A stretch of 64,000 bases of DNA from Arcobacteraceae bacterium (lineage in GTDB: Bacteria; Campylobacterota; Campylobacteria; Campylobacterales; Arcobacteraceae): the NCBI GenBank assembly GCA_963662945.1, contig OY759974.1, positions 320,001-384,000 of the forward strand, in the 5' to 3' direction. Shown here one piece after another: positions 20,201 through 29,024 of the stretch. Position 1 is the first letter of the stretch, and each line of letters starts with the position of its first letter. The notes under the pieces were generated by a model. That model saw only the letters and a list, made by a program, of their open reading frames with translations, made no database searches and was not told where the DNA came from. A program made the position numbers and the translations under genes.

Positions 20201-20352
20201 ACTTGTACAATAACTTGCGGTGGTGAAAGATCTGGCAAGGCATCAAGTGAAGTATTTTTTATAGCAAATATTGACCCTACAGCTAATATAAGTGTAACTA
20301 TCAGTACTAAAAATTTATTTTTGACACTAAAGTCAATTATACTTTCTACCAT
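17251..20352 (-). CDS. cusA: CusA/CzcA family heavy-metal RND efflux permease, Cu(I)/Ag(I) type
   Basis: DALPDLS, GPDATG.GW, GAMVDA..VMVEN; CusA Met triad contexts YMP, PLAMIET, RIDML; RLRPKLMT. Confidence 0.93.
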   Translation of the reverse strand: MVESIIDFSVKNKFLVLIVTLILAVGSIFAIKNTSLDALPDLSPPQVIVQVKWGGQAPKLIEEQVSYPLVSALLSLKDINTVRAMSSFENSLIYVIFKDGADLYKSRDRILEKLAEITPSLPKGVEVTMGPDATGIGWAYEYALKSDTKSLDELRSLQDYFYKYALLGVDGVSEVATIGGFIKNYEITLNQDRLVQYDISIDEVRQKLLAFNNDTGGRLILENGFEHLITASGYIKNIAQIEDITIKVNGTIPIKIKDIAQVNITSKNRRGMAELNGQGETVGGIVVVRFKENPYKVIQAVKEKLKSLKVDDVEVVETYDRSSLIDKAIATLTKTLVEESIIVLIVTGLFLFHFRSSLIIIITLPITVMFTFLLMYLFDIGSNIMSLGGIAIAIGAMVDASIVMVENAHKYLHRLELKGEVITPAKRVETIIKSAKFVGRPIFFALLLVVVSFLPIFVLEGQEGQLFTPLAFTKTFAVLVGAILSITLVPILMIYFIKGNIVPEEKNFINSFFQKIYLVMLNIALKLRYVVIVFCIVFLGFSYYLYQKQNWEFMPMMNEQTFMYMPVTPYGIGIDEAKRLTQKTNQIIKSFPEVDTVFGKGGRADTATDPAPLAMIETIITFKPENQWREGMTYKKLMQDLDKALQVQGLINSWTYPIRGRIDMLLTGIRTPLGIKLYGDDHKILSDIALQIEQKLKTSKKTLSVSSDKINNGYYLNIDINSVALSQYGITKQNILDTVSYGVGGAKVSTMYDQLERYPISLRYDISSRGDINQLKQLKIKTKFGYFPLETFATLNYQMGASVIKSEKAMNVNFIYITPQNDISPQAYKEEAVKLLEEIKLPTGYYIEWAGQSQYLESAMRTLTFIIPLTFLLIFILIYFAFKNILYTSIIFFTLPLALAGGIWYIEYLHMNISVAVIVGFIALLGIAAETSIVMLVYLDEALSDFDATNEKCTIDKLKQIVINGAVLRLRPKLMTVFAILGGLLPIMYISGVGSEVMRAIAVPMIGGMTSSAVLTLFVIPVVFYSLKQYKLK

Positions 20353-21344
20353 TGTTCATCTTCTTTTGCATTGTTATACAATCCATTAGTAATAGCATCA
20401 CTATCCAATAAAAACATAACTTTATCTATTACCTCATCATTTTCATTTAATCCACTTAATATTTCAAATTGATTTGGATTAATTCTTCTTGCAATGATTT
20501 CTCTTGGTTCAAATTGATCACCACTTGGAATAAATACAAAATGTTGATTTGCTTTTGTGAGAACTGCTGATTTTGGTAAAACTAACATTGTTTTACTATT
20601 CTCATAAATTTTTGCTTTTGCAAACATCCCTGGGTATATTTTTAAATCTTTGTTATTTATTAAAACTCTCACATCTATAGTCTTTGTTTGTTCATCTATA
20701 GTTGGATAGATAAAATCAACTTTTGAAGTCACAACACCAACACCCTCGATAAAGATTTTTACTTTCATATCTTTTTTGATGTATGATAAATCTTTTTGAT
20801 ACACTTTAACTATAGCCCAAAGCTGTTTCATACTTGCTATTTGAAAAAGAAGCTGCCCTTTTTTAACGGCACTTCCAGTATTGATTTGTTTTGTTATAAT
20901 ATATCCACTATAAGGAGAATAGATATCTATATTTTCTTGCATTTTGTTTGCTTTTAAAATATTTACTATTTGTTTTAAATCTATATCAAGATTTTTAAAC
21001 TTATCCATATAACTTTTATATCTTCTTTGATTGTTTAAATCTATAGATAAAAACTCTTGTAGTGAGGTATACACTTCATTTGAATAAATACTAAATAGTT
21101 TTTCACCACTATTAACATAACCATATTTTTTGTCTTGATAAAGCTTTTGAACAAAACCATCAAATCGTAGTGTAATATCTTTTATATCTGTTTCATCAAG
21201 TACTATATCTGCATAAAACTCTTTTGATAAACCCAATGTTTGCTTTTGTACCGTAACTGTTGTTTTATTGAATACTTGTGCACTATCTAAAGTTTTTGCA
21301 TTCATATTCAATAGTACCAAAAAAAGTAATAATAGTAATTTCAT
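20346..21344 (-). CDS. CusB-like RND periplasmic adaptor
   Basis: RFDGFVQKLY, IYSPYSG, FIYPT, PGMFA; overlaps cusA. Confidence 0.9.
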   Translation of the reverse strand: MKLLLLLFLVLLNMNAKTLDSAQVFNKTTVTVQKQTLGLSKEFYADIVLDETDIKDITLRFDGFVQKLYQDKKYGYVNSGEKLFSIYSNEVYTSLQEFLSIDLNNQRRYKSYMDKFKNLDIDLKQIVNILKANKMQENIDIYSPYSGYIITKQINTGSAVKKGQLLFQIASMKQLWAIVKVYQKDLSYIKKDMKVKIFIEGVGVVTSKVDFIYPTIDEQTKTIDVRVLINNKDLKIYPGMFAKAKIYENSKTMLVLPKSAVLTKANQHFVFIPSGDQFEPREIIARRINPNQFEILSGLNENDEVIDKVMFLLDSDAITNGLYNNAKEDEQW

Positions 21345-21349
21345 ATAGT

Positions 21350-22540
21350 TTATCCTTTTATATCATAATATGCTAACTTTGAAACAGCATCAAAATATAT
21401 CTCTAATTCATCATATTTCATAAGCTCTAACTCATACTTTTCATTTACTGCATCATACATACTAAGGCTACCCATTATATTTGTACTACTGTGAAGTTCA
21501 AACAACTCTTGAAGTTTTTCATTTAATGGTAATAAGTTTTTAGTGATGATACTTATATTGTGTCGTGACTTAGTAGCTTTTTTTGTTAAGTCTTCAATAT
21601 CAGTTTGAAACTGTTGCTCTGCTACTGCTAATCTATCCATCTTTTGATGTTTTGTTATCTTTTGTTTTGCTACTTTTAATTCTTCAGTTCCTTGAATACT
21701 TAAAGGAATTGCCACATTAAAAGAAAGATAGTCTTCAAATCTTTCTCTTTGATTGTACGACATACTAAATTTTACATCATCTATCTTTTTACTATTTTCA
21801 TAAGCTATTTTTTTATCTTCTTGATTCAGTTGTTCTTTGATTGAGGCTATAAATGGATGTGTTTGATTGTATTTTACATTTATATCTTCTGTATATTCCA
21901 AAGGAACTTTGAGAGAGTCAACTTTTGTATATACAAGATTTTCTAGTGCAATATAGTATTTCTCTTTTTGATACTCAAAATTATTCTTTTTCAACTCTAA
22001 CTTATAAAGCTTCAAATCAATTTTTACTATATCGCCTTGTTTTATCTTTCCATTGTCATACAATACATTTGCTATATCTTTTTGTTTTTCTAAGTTTTGT
22101 ATATACTTATCTAGTACTTCTATTTTATTTTCTATTATAGTTGTTTTATATGCATAGTTTTCAATTGTAGATTGTAACTTTAATCTATAATCATCTAAAA
22201 GAAAAGTTTGTATCTTCGTATCATATACACTTATATCTTTTTTTAAATCTAACTTCCCATTTGTAGGGATACTTTGTGTATAGGAGATATATTGTGTTTG
22301 CATAGCTTCCAAATCTCTAGCACTTGCATCATCTAATTGTATATCATTGACACCTATCCCTAGGACAGGATTTGCCCAAGTAGTACTCAACTTTGTGTCA
22401 TATAGAGACTTTTCTATAGATTTATTTTTCTCTTGAAGAGTATAGTTTTTCTCTTTTGCTAGAGCTAGAAGAGTATCTAAACTCATCGCACTAGCATAAG
22501 AAGAAAAAATAAGTGAAGTGATAAGTATATTTTTTAACAT
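21350..22540 (-). CDS. TolC family outer membrane protein (CrdB-like)
   Basis: Signal peptide, W.NP motif, coiled coils; position in RND operon. Confidence 0.82.
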   Translation of the reverse strand: MLKNILITSLIFSSYASAMSLDTLLALAKEKNYTLQEKNKSIEKSLYDTKLSTTWANPVLGIGVNDIQLDDASARDLEAMQTQYISYTQSIPTNGKLDLKKDISVYDTKIQTFLLDDYRLKLQSTIENYAYKTTIIENKIEVLDKYIQNLEKQKDIANVLYDNGKIKQGDIVKIDLKLYKLELKKNNFEYQKEKYYIALENLVYTKVDSLKVPLEYTEDINVKYNQTHPFIASIKEQLNQEDKKIAYENSKKIDDVKFSMSYNQRERFEDYLSFNVAIPLSIQGTEELKVAKQKITKHQKMDRLAVAEQQFQTDIEDLTKKATKSRHNISIITKNLLPLNEKLQELFELHSSTNIMGSLSMYDAVNEKYELELMKYDELEIYFDAVSKLAYYDIKG

Positions 22541-22552
22541 AATATTTTCGTG

Positions 22553-22933
22553 TTAAATATTAACACTACCTCTTACTGTGTGTATTACACCATCACTTGT
22601 TTTAAATTTTAAGTGATATTGCCATGTTCCACCCATACTAAAGTTAATAGCTGTTTTATATACATTACCAACTTTTGTTGCTTTTTCCTCTTGTTCCATA
22701 TATGGCATACCTGGCATCTCTGGCATAAAGAATTTTATTTTAACCTTAGCACCTTCTACATCTTTTCCATCTTTTTGCAATGTTACAAAAAACTCATTGT
22801 TCCCAACGATTGGTGTATTTTGAGTATAAAGTCTTATGGCATAACCATCTTTTACACCATTTTGATCTACAGTTTCTCCATAAAGAGAAACACTTAATAA
22901 CAATGTCAGTAATCCTAAAAGTAAGTTTTTCAT
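22553..22933 (-). CDS. FixH/YtkA-family periplasmic copper-binding protein (CrdA-like)
   Basis: Signal peptide, GNN, MPEMPGMPYM, FSMGGTWQ. Confidence 0.85.
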   Translation of the reverse strand: MKNLLLGLLTLLLSVSLYGETVDQNGVKDGYAIRLYTQNTPIVGNNEFFVTLQKDGKDVEGAKVKIKFFMPEMPGMPYMEQEEKATKVGNVYKTAINFSMGGTWQYHLKFKTSDGVIHTVRGSVNI

Positions 22934-22980
22934 TTCGTAAACCTTTCTATTTTTATTTATATAGAAGAAGTTTACTTATT

Positions 22981-23002
22981 TTGTGTGTAGTTTGTGTGTA
23001 GT
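22981..23002 (-). promoter_or_regulatory. 11-bp direct repeat (TTGTGTGTAGT x2), putative OmpR-family binding site
   Basis: Perfect tandem repeat; minus-strand core ACTACACA lies 9 nt upstream of -10 TAAACT (22969-22974). Confidence 0.7.
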
Positions 23003-24145
23003 TTATAAAAAGTGAATAGTAAAAGTAGTACCAATATTCAAATCTGATTGAATATCTATAGTAAATCCATATTTTTTTGCAATATTATAAACGATATTCA
23101 GTCCCATACCAAAACCACCTTCTAAAGAGGTAGCTCTATAATACCTTTTAAATATATTGTCTAATTTATCTTTATCAATACCTATTCCCGTATCTTTTAT
23201 AGTTAATCTATGATCTTTTAATATTATAAGTATCTCTCCACCTCTTTTATTGTACTTTATACTATTTGACACTAAGTTAGTAAAAATTCTTTTGAAGTCC
23301 TCGTCATTCATTTTTATTGATGTGACTTCTAAATTAGTTTCTATCTTTATATTTTTTTTATTCGCAAGAAGAGTAAAATACTCTAATTCATTTTTCATAA
23401 TATCATCTATTTGTATAGTAGCTATATTGGTATTATTTTCTTTTTTCAAAAATAAATATGTTAAATCTTTATAAATTTCAGATATTCTTTTTGCACTTAG
23501 ATAGATTCTTTCTACATTTTTTGGGTTTTGTATAGCTTCTTTATTTGCACACATCATAATAGCAGTAATTGGCGTATTAAGTTCATGGGTTGTATCTTTG
23601 ATAAAATTATCAAGTCGTTCTCTCTCATTTTGTATAGGTTTCATAAACATTTTAATAAGTTTATATCCTATTACACACATGATAATATAAAAGATTAAAA
23701 AACCTATAATTACATCAAAATAGATATCTTCTACAATCTTCTGAAAATGATTGTTTTTTACTACCACATAATCGATACCCAAGTGTCCTAAAGCACTTTT
23801 ATCTACCACTATGATTGCATTGTCTTGTATATAATTTTGTTTAGAAAAATCTATTGTATCTTCAAGTTTTCCAAAAACTTTTTTTTGATTTCTATCATAA
23901 GTTGAAAATATATATTCTGGAGTATCAAAAGGTTTTAAATCTAACATTCTATCTTGCATCTGTGCATTGATAATTTGAGCAGATATTTGAAAAGCTCTAT
24001 TTTGCATATTTGACAATGTAAGACTATATATCATATTATGTTGCATTTTAAATACTAAAACAGCGACAATACCCAAAAGAATAAATACAGAAATATAATA
24101 TAAAAGAATAAACTTAATAAGTATATTACGTTCTTCAGTTCTCAA
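23003..24145 (-). CDS. sensor histidine kinase (CrdS-like)
   Basis: Two TM helices, DTTHELNTP, NSIKY, DTGIGI, GFGMGL. Confidence 0.9.
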   Translation of the reverse strand: MRTEERNILIKFILLYYISVFILLGIVAVLVFKMQHNMIYSLTLSNMQNRAFQISAQIINAQMQDRMLDLKPFDTPEYIFSTYDRNQKKVFGKLEDTIDFSKQNYIQDNAIIVVDKSALGHLGIDYVVVKNNHFQKIVEDIYFDVIIGFLIFYIIMCVIGYKLIKMFMKPIQNERERLDNFIKDTTHELNTPITAIMMCANKEAIQNPKNVERIYLSAKRISEIYKDLTYLFLKKENNTNIATIQIDDIMKNELEYFTLLANKKNIKIETNLEVTSIKMNDEDFKRIFTNLVSNSIKYNKRGGEILIILKDHRLTIKDTGIGIDKDKLDNIFKRYYRATSLEGGFGMGLNIVYNIAKKYGFTIDIQSDLNIGTTFTIHFL

Positions 24146-24794
24146 AACGATATCCTATCCCTTTTACAGTTCCTATTATCTCTTCTCCTACTATTTTTCG
24201 TAAGTTTTTGATATATGTTCTTATTGTTGCATTAGATGGTGTTGTATCATATTCCCAAATATTTGATACCAACTCTTCTAAACTTATAATTCTATTTTTA
24301 TGTTTGATAAAATACTCAAAAATCTTTGCCTCTTTATTGGATAATAAATAACTTTGATTCTCTTTGGTTATTTTATGATTTAAAAAATCATATTCTATAT
24401 TCAGACCAAACTTTACGGTATCAAAGGACTCAATATGTTTTATCTTTTTAATATGATTTATTCTTATCTCTAATTCTTTAAGTTCAAAAGGTTTTTTAAT
24501 ATAATCATCACAACCTACATCAAAGCCTCTTTGTAAATCATCTGTTGTGTTCAATGAAGTGATAAATATAGCAGGAGTATCAATCTTCGCTTCTTTGATA
24601 TTTTGAAGTACTGTAAATCCATCTAAAGAGGGAACTCCCACATCAAGTAGTAACAAATCAAAACTTTCATCATAAATAGTATCTAAAGCCTCTTGTCCAT
24701 CATAGAAAGAGACAACTTCATAACCAAGAGTGACCAAAAACTCTTCAATGAGTTCGTTAAGTATAACATCATCTTCTAGTAAAAGGATCTTCAT
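24135..24794 (-). CDS. OmpR-family response regulator (CrdR-like)
   Basis: LLEDD, LLDV..P, DYIKKPF, IRTYIKNLRK, GIGYR. Confidence 0.92.
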   Translation of the reverse strand: MKILLLEDDVILNELIEEFLVTLGYEVVSFYDGQEALDTIYDESFDLLLLDVGVPSLDGFTVLQNIKEAKIDTPAIFITSLNTTDDLQRGFDVGCDDYIKKPFELKELEIRINHIKKIKHIESFDTVKFGLNIEYDFLNHKITKENQSYLLSNKEAKIFEYFIKHKNRIISLEELVSNIWEYDTTPSNATIRTYIKNLRKIVGEEIIGTVKGIGYRFEN

Positions 24795-25480
24795 ACTATC
24801 ACTTTTTTTCTATATAGTTCTGCCAAAGCTATAGCAAATTCTTCTTTGTATTTTTTATAACTTAAACCATTTTTTTTCATAAAAATTTTTAAATTTTCTT
24901 TGAGTGTTTTTGTTTTTGAAAGAGATTTAAGTAACTTATACATATAAACATTTATCTCTCTATACACTACCTCTTCTAATTTAAAATCAAAATATCCCAA
25001 GATATAGGTTTTGTGTTTCTCTTCTAAATTCATATTTAAAAAGTTATAACCGTATTTTTGAAGAATCACTTTGTTTGAAAGTTTATAATTGTTTTTGAAA
25101 GAAAATTTTTCTAATGGCTTCTTAGACTTTTTTTGCATAAAAATATATAATTCACTATATTCAAAATAGAGTAACTCATCTCTATATTCTAAAGTATTAA
25201 AAAATTGTGATGATTTTATGAACTTTCTATATTCATTTGAGATCTTCCATAAAAAAGGGGATAAAACACTTGTTTGGATAAACCCATATAAAGATTGTTC
25301 AAATTCAGCTTCAAGCTCATTTTGTTGCACTACTTCATAAAAAATTGGAAAAGAGTTGCTTATTACATCAAAAAAATTGCTATACACAAGATATTTATAC
25401 ACACCAATAGAATCTTTTTCTACATCTTTTTTTCCCGTAATTTGTTCTATAAAATCTTTTTGTAGATTATGCTCTTTCAT
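24791..25480 (-). CDS. DUF2063-type MNIO partner protein (HvfC/BufC-like)
   Basis: LQKDF..I, GVYKYLVYSNF..I...FP, SPFLW..E, ELLYFEYSEL; directly after DUF692. Confidence 0.78.
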   Translation of the reverse strand: MKEHNLQKDFIEQITGKKDVEKDSIGVYKYLVYSNFFDVISNSFPIFYEVVQQNELEAEFEQSLYGFIQTSVLSPFLWKISNEYRKFIKSSQFFNTLEYRDELLYFEYSELYIFMQKKSKKPLEKFSFKNNYKLSNKVILQKYGYNFLNMNLEEKHKTYILGYFDFKLEEVVYREINVYMYKLLKSLSKTKTLKENLKIFMKKNGLSYKKYKEEFAIALAELYRKKVIV

Positions 25481-26303
25481 TACTTTTTCTTTTATTATAG
25501 ATTTTTTTCATCTTCTTATACTCTTTTTCCATCACTTGCAGTTTTGGAATATTATTATCTCTCTCAATCATTGGGGAAACATCTATTTTATCTAAAGTAT
25601 ATTTCAAAAGTTCCCACGTGTCATTATTGACATCTGTTCCATGGGAGTCTATTATCATCTGAACCTTGTTATCAAAATAATGCCCTGCTGTATGGATATA
25701 AGATACTTTATCTAAATCAAGGCTTTTGATAAACTTCTTCGCATCATAGTTATGATTGACACTATTTACATAGACATTATTAACATCCAACAAAAGCTTT
25801 GCTCCACTTTTATGAAGTAATTCATTGATAAAATCACTCTCACTTAGTTCAGATTCAAGGCTATGATAATAGGTTGCATTTTCTACAGAGATATTTCTTC
25901 CTAAGAAGTCTTCTGTATATTTGATATTATCACTTAGGTTCTCTATCATTTTATATGTCAAAGGAACTGGTAAAAGTTCATGTAATTGTAAGTTATCAAA
26001 TGAGGAGTAACTAATATGTTCAGAATAGTATTTTATATCATATTTATCAAGTAAATTTTTGAGTTTTTTGAGGTACTTTTTATTTGGTCTTGTATTTGCA
26101 CCAAGTGAAAGTGAAACTCCATGGGCAACAAGTGGCATAGAGTTTGCTATTTGTTCAAACTTATCTTGATACCAAACAGGTATATCTATCCAGTTTTCTG
26201 GGGTTATCTCCCACCAGTCAGGGACAAAAGAGTTTTTTTTGAAATCTATCTCATCAAAAAACTCTCTTCTTAAACCTAAACCACAGCCACTAATATATTT
26301 CAT
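25467..26303 (-). CDS. DUF692 family multinuclear non-heme iron oxidative enzyme (MNIO)
   Basis: GLGLR, EITPENW, HGVSLSLG, SEH, VEN, LLDVNNVYVN, HTAGH, DSHG, IERD. Confidence 0.93.
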   Translation of the reverse strand: MKYISGCGLGLRREFFDEIDFKKNSFVPDWWEITPENWIDIPVWYQDKFEQIANSMPLVAHGVSLSLGANTRPNKKYLKKLKNLLDKYDIKYYSEHISYSSFDNLQLHELLPVPLTYKMIENLSDNIKYTEDFLGRNISVENATYYHSLESELSESDFINELLHKSGAKLLLDVNNVYVNSVNHNYDAKKFIKSLDLDKVSYIHTAGHYFDNKVQMIIDSHGTDVNNDTWELLKYTLDKIDVSPMIERDNNIPKLQVMEKEYKKMKKIYNKRKSNERA

Positions 26304-26311
26304 AATTTAAA

Positions 26312-26614
26312 TTATGATCCACATTTTCCTGAAGCAGCTTTTTCAGATTTAACTTTTTTCATCTCCTCTTGCCCTTTTGCACCACATGTTCCAGCTGCAC
26401 ATTTACTTGTTCCACACGATGAAGATTTCATTTTTTCTTCTGACATTTTAGTTTCAGATGGTTTTTGTTTCATCTCGTTATCTTGTGGAGCATTTGAACC
26501 ACAAGCCCCTTTTCCACATTTACCAGCTGCACAAGCCCCTGCTGCAAATGATGCTGTAGTTGTAGAAATAACAGCCCCTAAAAGAGCCCCTGCTAATTTT
26601 TTCTTTTTACCCAT
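26312..26614 (-). CDS. Cys-rich RiPP precursor with Sec signal peptide (oxazolin/bufferin-like metallopeptide)
   Basis: Signal peptide ending ASFA; 7 Cys in GxCG/A-type repeats; immediately upstream of DUF692. Confidence 0.85.
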   Translation of the reverse strand: MGKKKKLAGALLGAVISTTTASFAAGACAAGKCGKGACGSNAPQDNEMKQKPSETKMSEEKMKSSSCGTSKCAAGTCGAKGQEEMKKVKSEKAASGKCGS

Positions 26615-26658
26615 AATAACTTCCTCTTGTATAATTTTTTCTAATGATACAATTTTAA

Positions 26659-26680
26659 TGTGTAGTAACTGTGTAGTAAC
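26659..26680 (-). promoter_or_regulatory. 11-bp direct repeat (TGTGTAGTAAC x2), putative OmpR-family binding site
   Basis: Perfect tandem repeat; minus-strand core ACTACACA lies 9 nt upstream of -10 TATCAT (26644-26649). Confidence 0.7.
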
Positions 26681-27667
26681 TTAGATTAAATATTTACTGA
26701 TTTCATCTTTAGTTGGCAATTTTTGTCCCTCTTGTGTAAAACTTTCATTTTCATCTTCAAAGATTACAGTGTACTTTGTATCAGCTTCTGTTTTTCCATA
26801 AGTAACTATAAAAGTAGCAGCAAGTTCTTTTTCCTCTTGTGTAGCTTTTTTATCTAATAAACTAAAAGGTCCAGTAGCATCTAAAATTCTTGCTTTATAG
26901 TACTTCTTACTTATAGTGTTTTTTAATTTTTCATTATCCTCTTGATGTCGTCCAACTATAAGTTTTGCACCATGTGGAAGTCGTAAGTGTCTCCCAGCTT
27001 TTAAAGTATCTATATCTTCAACCTCTAATTTATCATGATCAACAAAATCTCTTAAACGATTGCTAAATTGAACTTCAGTAAGTAAACATCCACCACCTGG
27101 TGATTCAAAATCTTTCAGTCCAATCTCTTTTGCCATATCAAGCTGTCTTTGTCTGTTTCTTCCATTGATATCAAGAAGTTTTTCTCTGTTCACCCATCCT
27201 TCTCGCTCAGGAAGTGAAGGTTCAAGAAGTTTTGCACACATAGGTCTTACAATCAAATCATCATAGTTACTTAAAGACTTTACACTCTCCATAGCATCTT
27301 TTCTCTGGCTCATCGGTCGCTGACCTACAACTTCACCACTTATCATAAATTGTGCATCATATTTTTCAAGTAATTGACCTGTATATCGAAACATAAAACC
27401 ATGACAATCTATACATGGATTAAAATTCTTTCCATAACCATATTTAGGATCAAATAAAACCTCTTCTAAATATAATTCTCGTAAATCCAATATCTCTAAC
27501 TTTACACCAATTTGGTCACACATATTTTGCATATGTTCTTGTCTATCGACAGTTGAACCAAATCCAATATTAACATTTACTGCAATTACCTCTATACCTT
27601 GGTCTACAATCAGCTTCATAGCCAAAGTAGAATCCAGTCCACCACTAAAAAGTGCTAGTGCTCTCAT
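26681..27667 (-). CDS. PP-loop ATPase, ThiI/MnmA-like tRNA-modifying protein
   Basis: LFSGGLDS, NPCIDC, GEVVGQRPMSQ, PGGGCLLT. Confidence 0.8.
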   Translation of the reverse strand: MRALALFSGGLDSTLAMKLIVDQGIEVIAVNVNIGFGSTVDRQEHMQNMCDQIGVKLEILDLRELYLEEVLFDPKYGYGKNFNPCIDCHGFMFRYTGQLLEKYDAQFMISGEVVGQRPMSQRKDAMESVKSLSNYDDLIVRPMCAKLLEPSLPEREGWVNREKLLDINGRNRQRQLDMAKEIGLKDFESPGGGCLLTEVQFSNRLRDFVDHDKLEVEDIDTLKAGRHLRLPHGAKLIVGRHQEDNEKLKNTISKKYYKARILDATGPFSLLDKKATQEEKELAATFIVTYGKTEADTKYTVIFEDENESFTQEGQKLPTKDEISKYLI

Positions 27668-27677
27668 TTATATCCTT

Positions 27678-29024
27678 CTATTTTATTAATTTCATTGGGT
27701 CGATATATTTACTATCTTTTGTAGCTTGAAACTCTAAAGTGTCATTAATTCTTCCTACAACATACCCTTTTGGTATCCATTTTCCAACTGTTAATGTTGG
27801 AGAAATTTGGTCTAGATGTGAATAAATTGTATGTAAGCCATTGCTATGTTTTACAATAACAACTTTTGCTAAAAGACCAGAGTTTTCTTTTGCATAAACA
27901 ATTTGTCCTTTAAATACACTAAATACTTTTGCATTTGGTATTTTAGTTTTTAAAGCCACTGATTCATTAAATAATTCCATTTTATAAACATCATCATAAT
28001 ATTTTCCAAATTTTTTCTCAACTGTATATGACTTCAATGGTGCCATTGTTTTTACACCATCATATTTAGATATTTTAATTCCTTTTGCAGAAGAACCTAT
28101 TTTTCGAACTTCCACATCAATATCTTTATCTAACTCCTTTTTCTTCTCAAACTTCATCTGTTTTGTTTCTTCTACAGCTATCTCTTTATCTTTTGTTTCA
28201 ACTCGTTTTAGTTTGGCAAGTTTTGCTTCTTCTGCTTTTTTGCGTGCAGCTTCTTTTCTTCTTTCTATCTCTTTCGCTTTTTTTATTCTTATCTCTTCTT
28301 TTTTTATCTCTTCTTGTTTAAGAATATTCAAGCTTCCAAGTAAATCAGTAATTTGATTTTGTTTATCTATAATTGTTCGTAAACTTTGTTGGTATTTTGT
28401 ATGTTGTTCTTTTAATGTTTCTAATTTCTTTTCATAAGTTGCTTCAAGGTCTTTATATTTTTCTCTTACATTTTTTTGTTCTTCAAGAAATTTATTTATC
28501 TCATCAATTTTTCTCTCATTATCTCTAATTTGATTGTTGATTTTGAGATAATTAATATTAATATCTATCATTTCTTGTTTGTTATTATCAAATACTAAAG
28601 TATAAACCTCTTTACCAATCACATCTTTCAAAGATTCTTTGTTAGCTTGTTCAATCCCCATACTCATAGCATATCGTTCAATTACAAAATCAACTACATC
28701 TTTTTCTATTTTTTCTCTAATTTTTATTAATTTATCTGATTCTTCTTTAAGTTTATCTACTTTTTCTTTTGCACTTGCAAGTTTCATTTTATTTAAAACA
28801 AGTTGTGTATTTGTAGTATCTAAAACAGAAACAATTTTTTTATATGCTTCTTCCTCTTCATTAATCCTCTTTGCTAGAGATTCTAAATTATTATTGATAT
28901 TCTCTTTTTTTGAAGCAATATCTTCAAACTCTTTTTTATTTGTATTTATTTTCTTTTCAATATCTTTTACTGAGGCATCAACAAAAGAATACAATAATAT
29001 AAAAGAGAATAATAATTTAATCAT
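27678..29024 (-). CDS. envC: EnvC-like murein hydrolase activator (coiled coil plus degenerate M23 domain)
   Basis: Long coiled coil, C-terminal TIYSHL; follows ftsEX. Confidence 0.82.
   Translation of the reverse strand: MIKLLFSFILLYSFVDASVKDIEKKINTNKKEFEDIASKKENINNNLESLAKRINEEEEAYKKIVSVLDTTNTQLVLNKMKLASAKEKVDKLKEESDKLIKIREKIEKDVVDFVIERYAMSMGIEQANKESLKDVIGKEVYTLVFDNNKQEMIDININYLKINNQIRDNERKIDEINKFLEEQKNVREKYKDLEATYEKKLETLKEQHTKYQQSLRTIIDKQNQITDLLGSLNILKQEEIKKEEIRIKKAKEIERRKEAARKKAEEAKLAKLKRVETKDKEIAVEETKQMKFEKKKELDKDIDVEVRKIGSSAKGIKISKYDGVKTMAPLKSYTVEKKFGKYYDDVYKMELFNESVALKTKIPNAKVFSVFKGQIVYAKENSGLLAKVVIVKHSNGLHTIYSHLDQISPTLTVGKWIPKGYVVGRINDTLEFQATKDSKYIDPMKLIK

Noticed and set aside
17150-26680. 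Copper cluster as a tRNA-integrated genomic island
   Set aside because: It lies on the 5' side of the tRNA; no integrase and no duplicated tRNA 3' end were found
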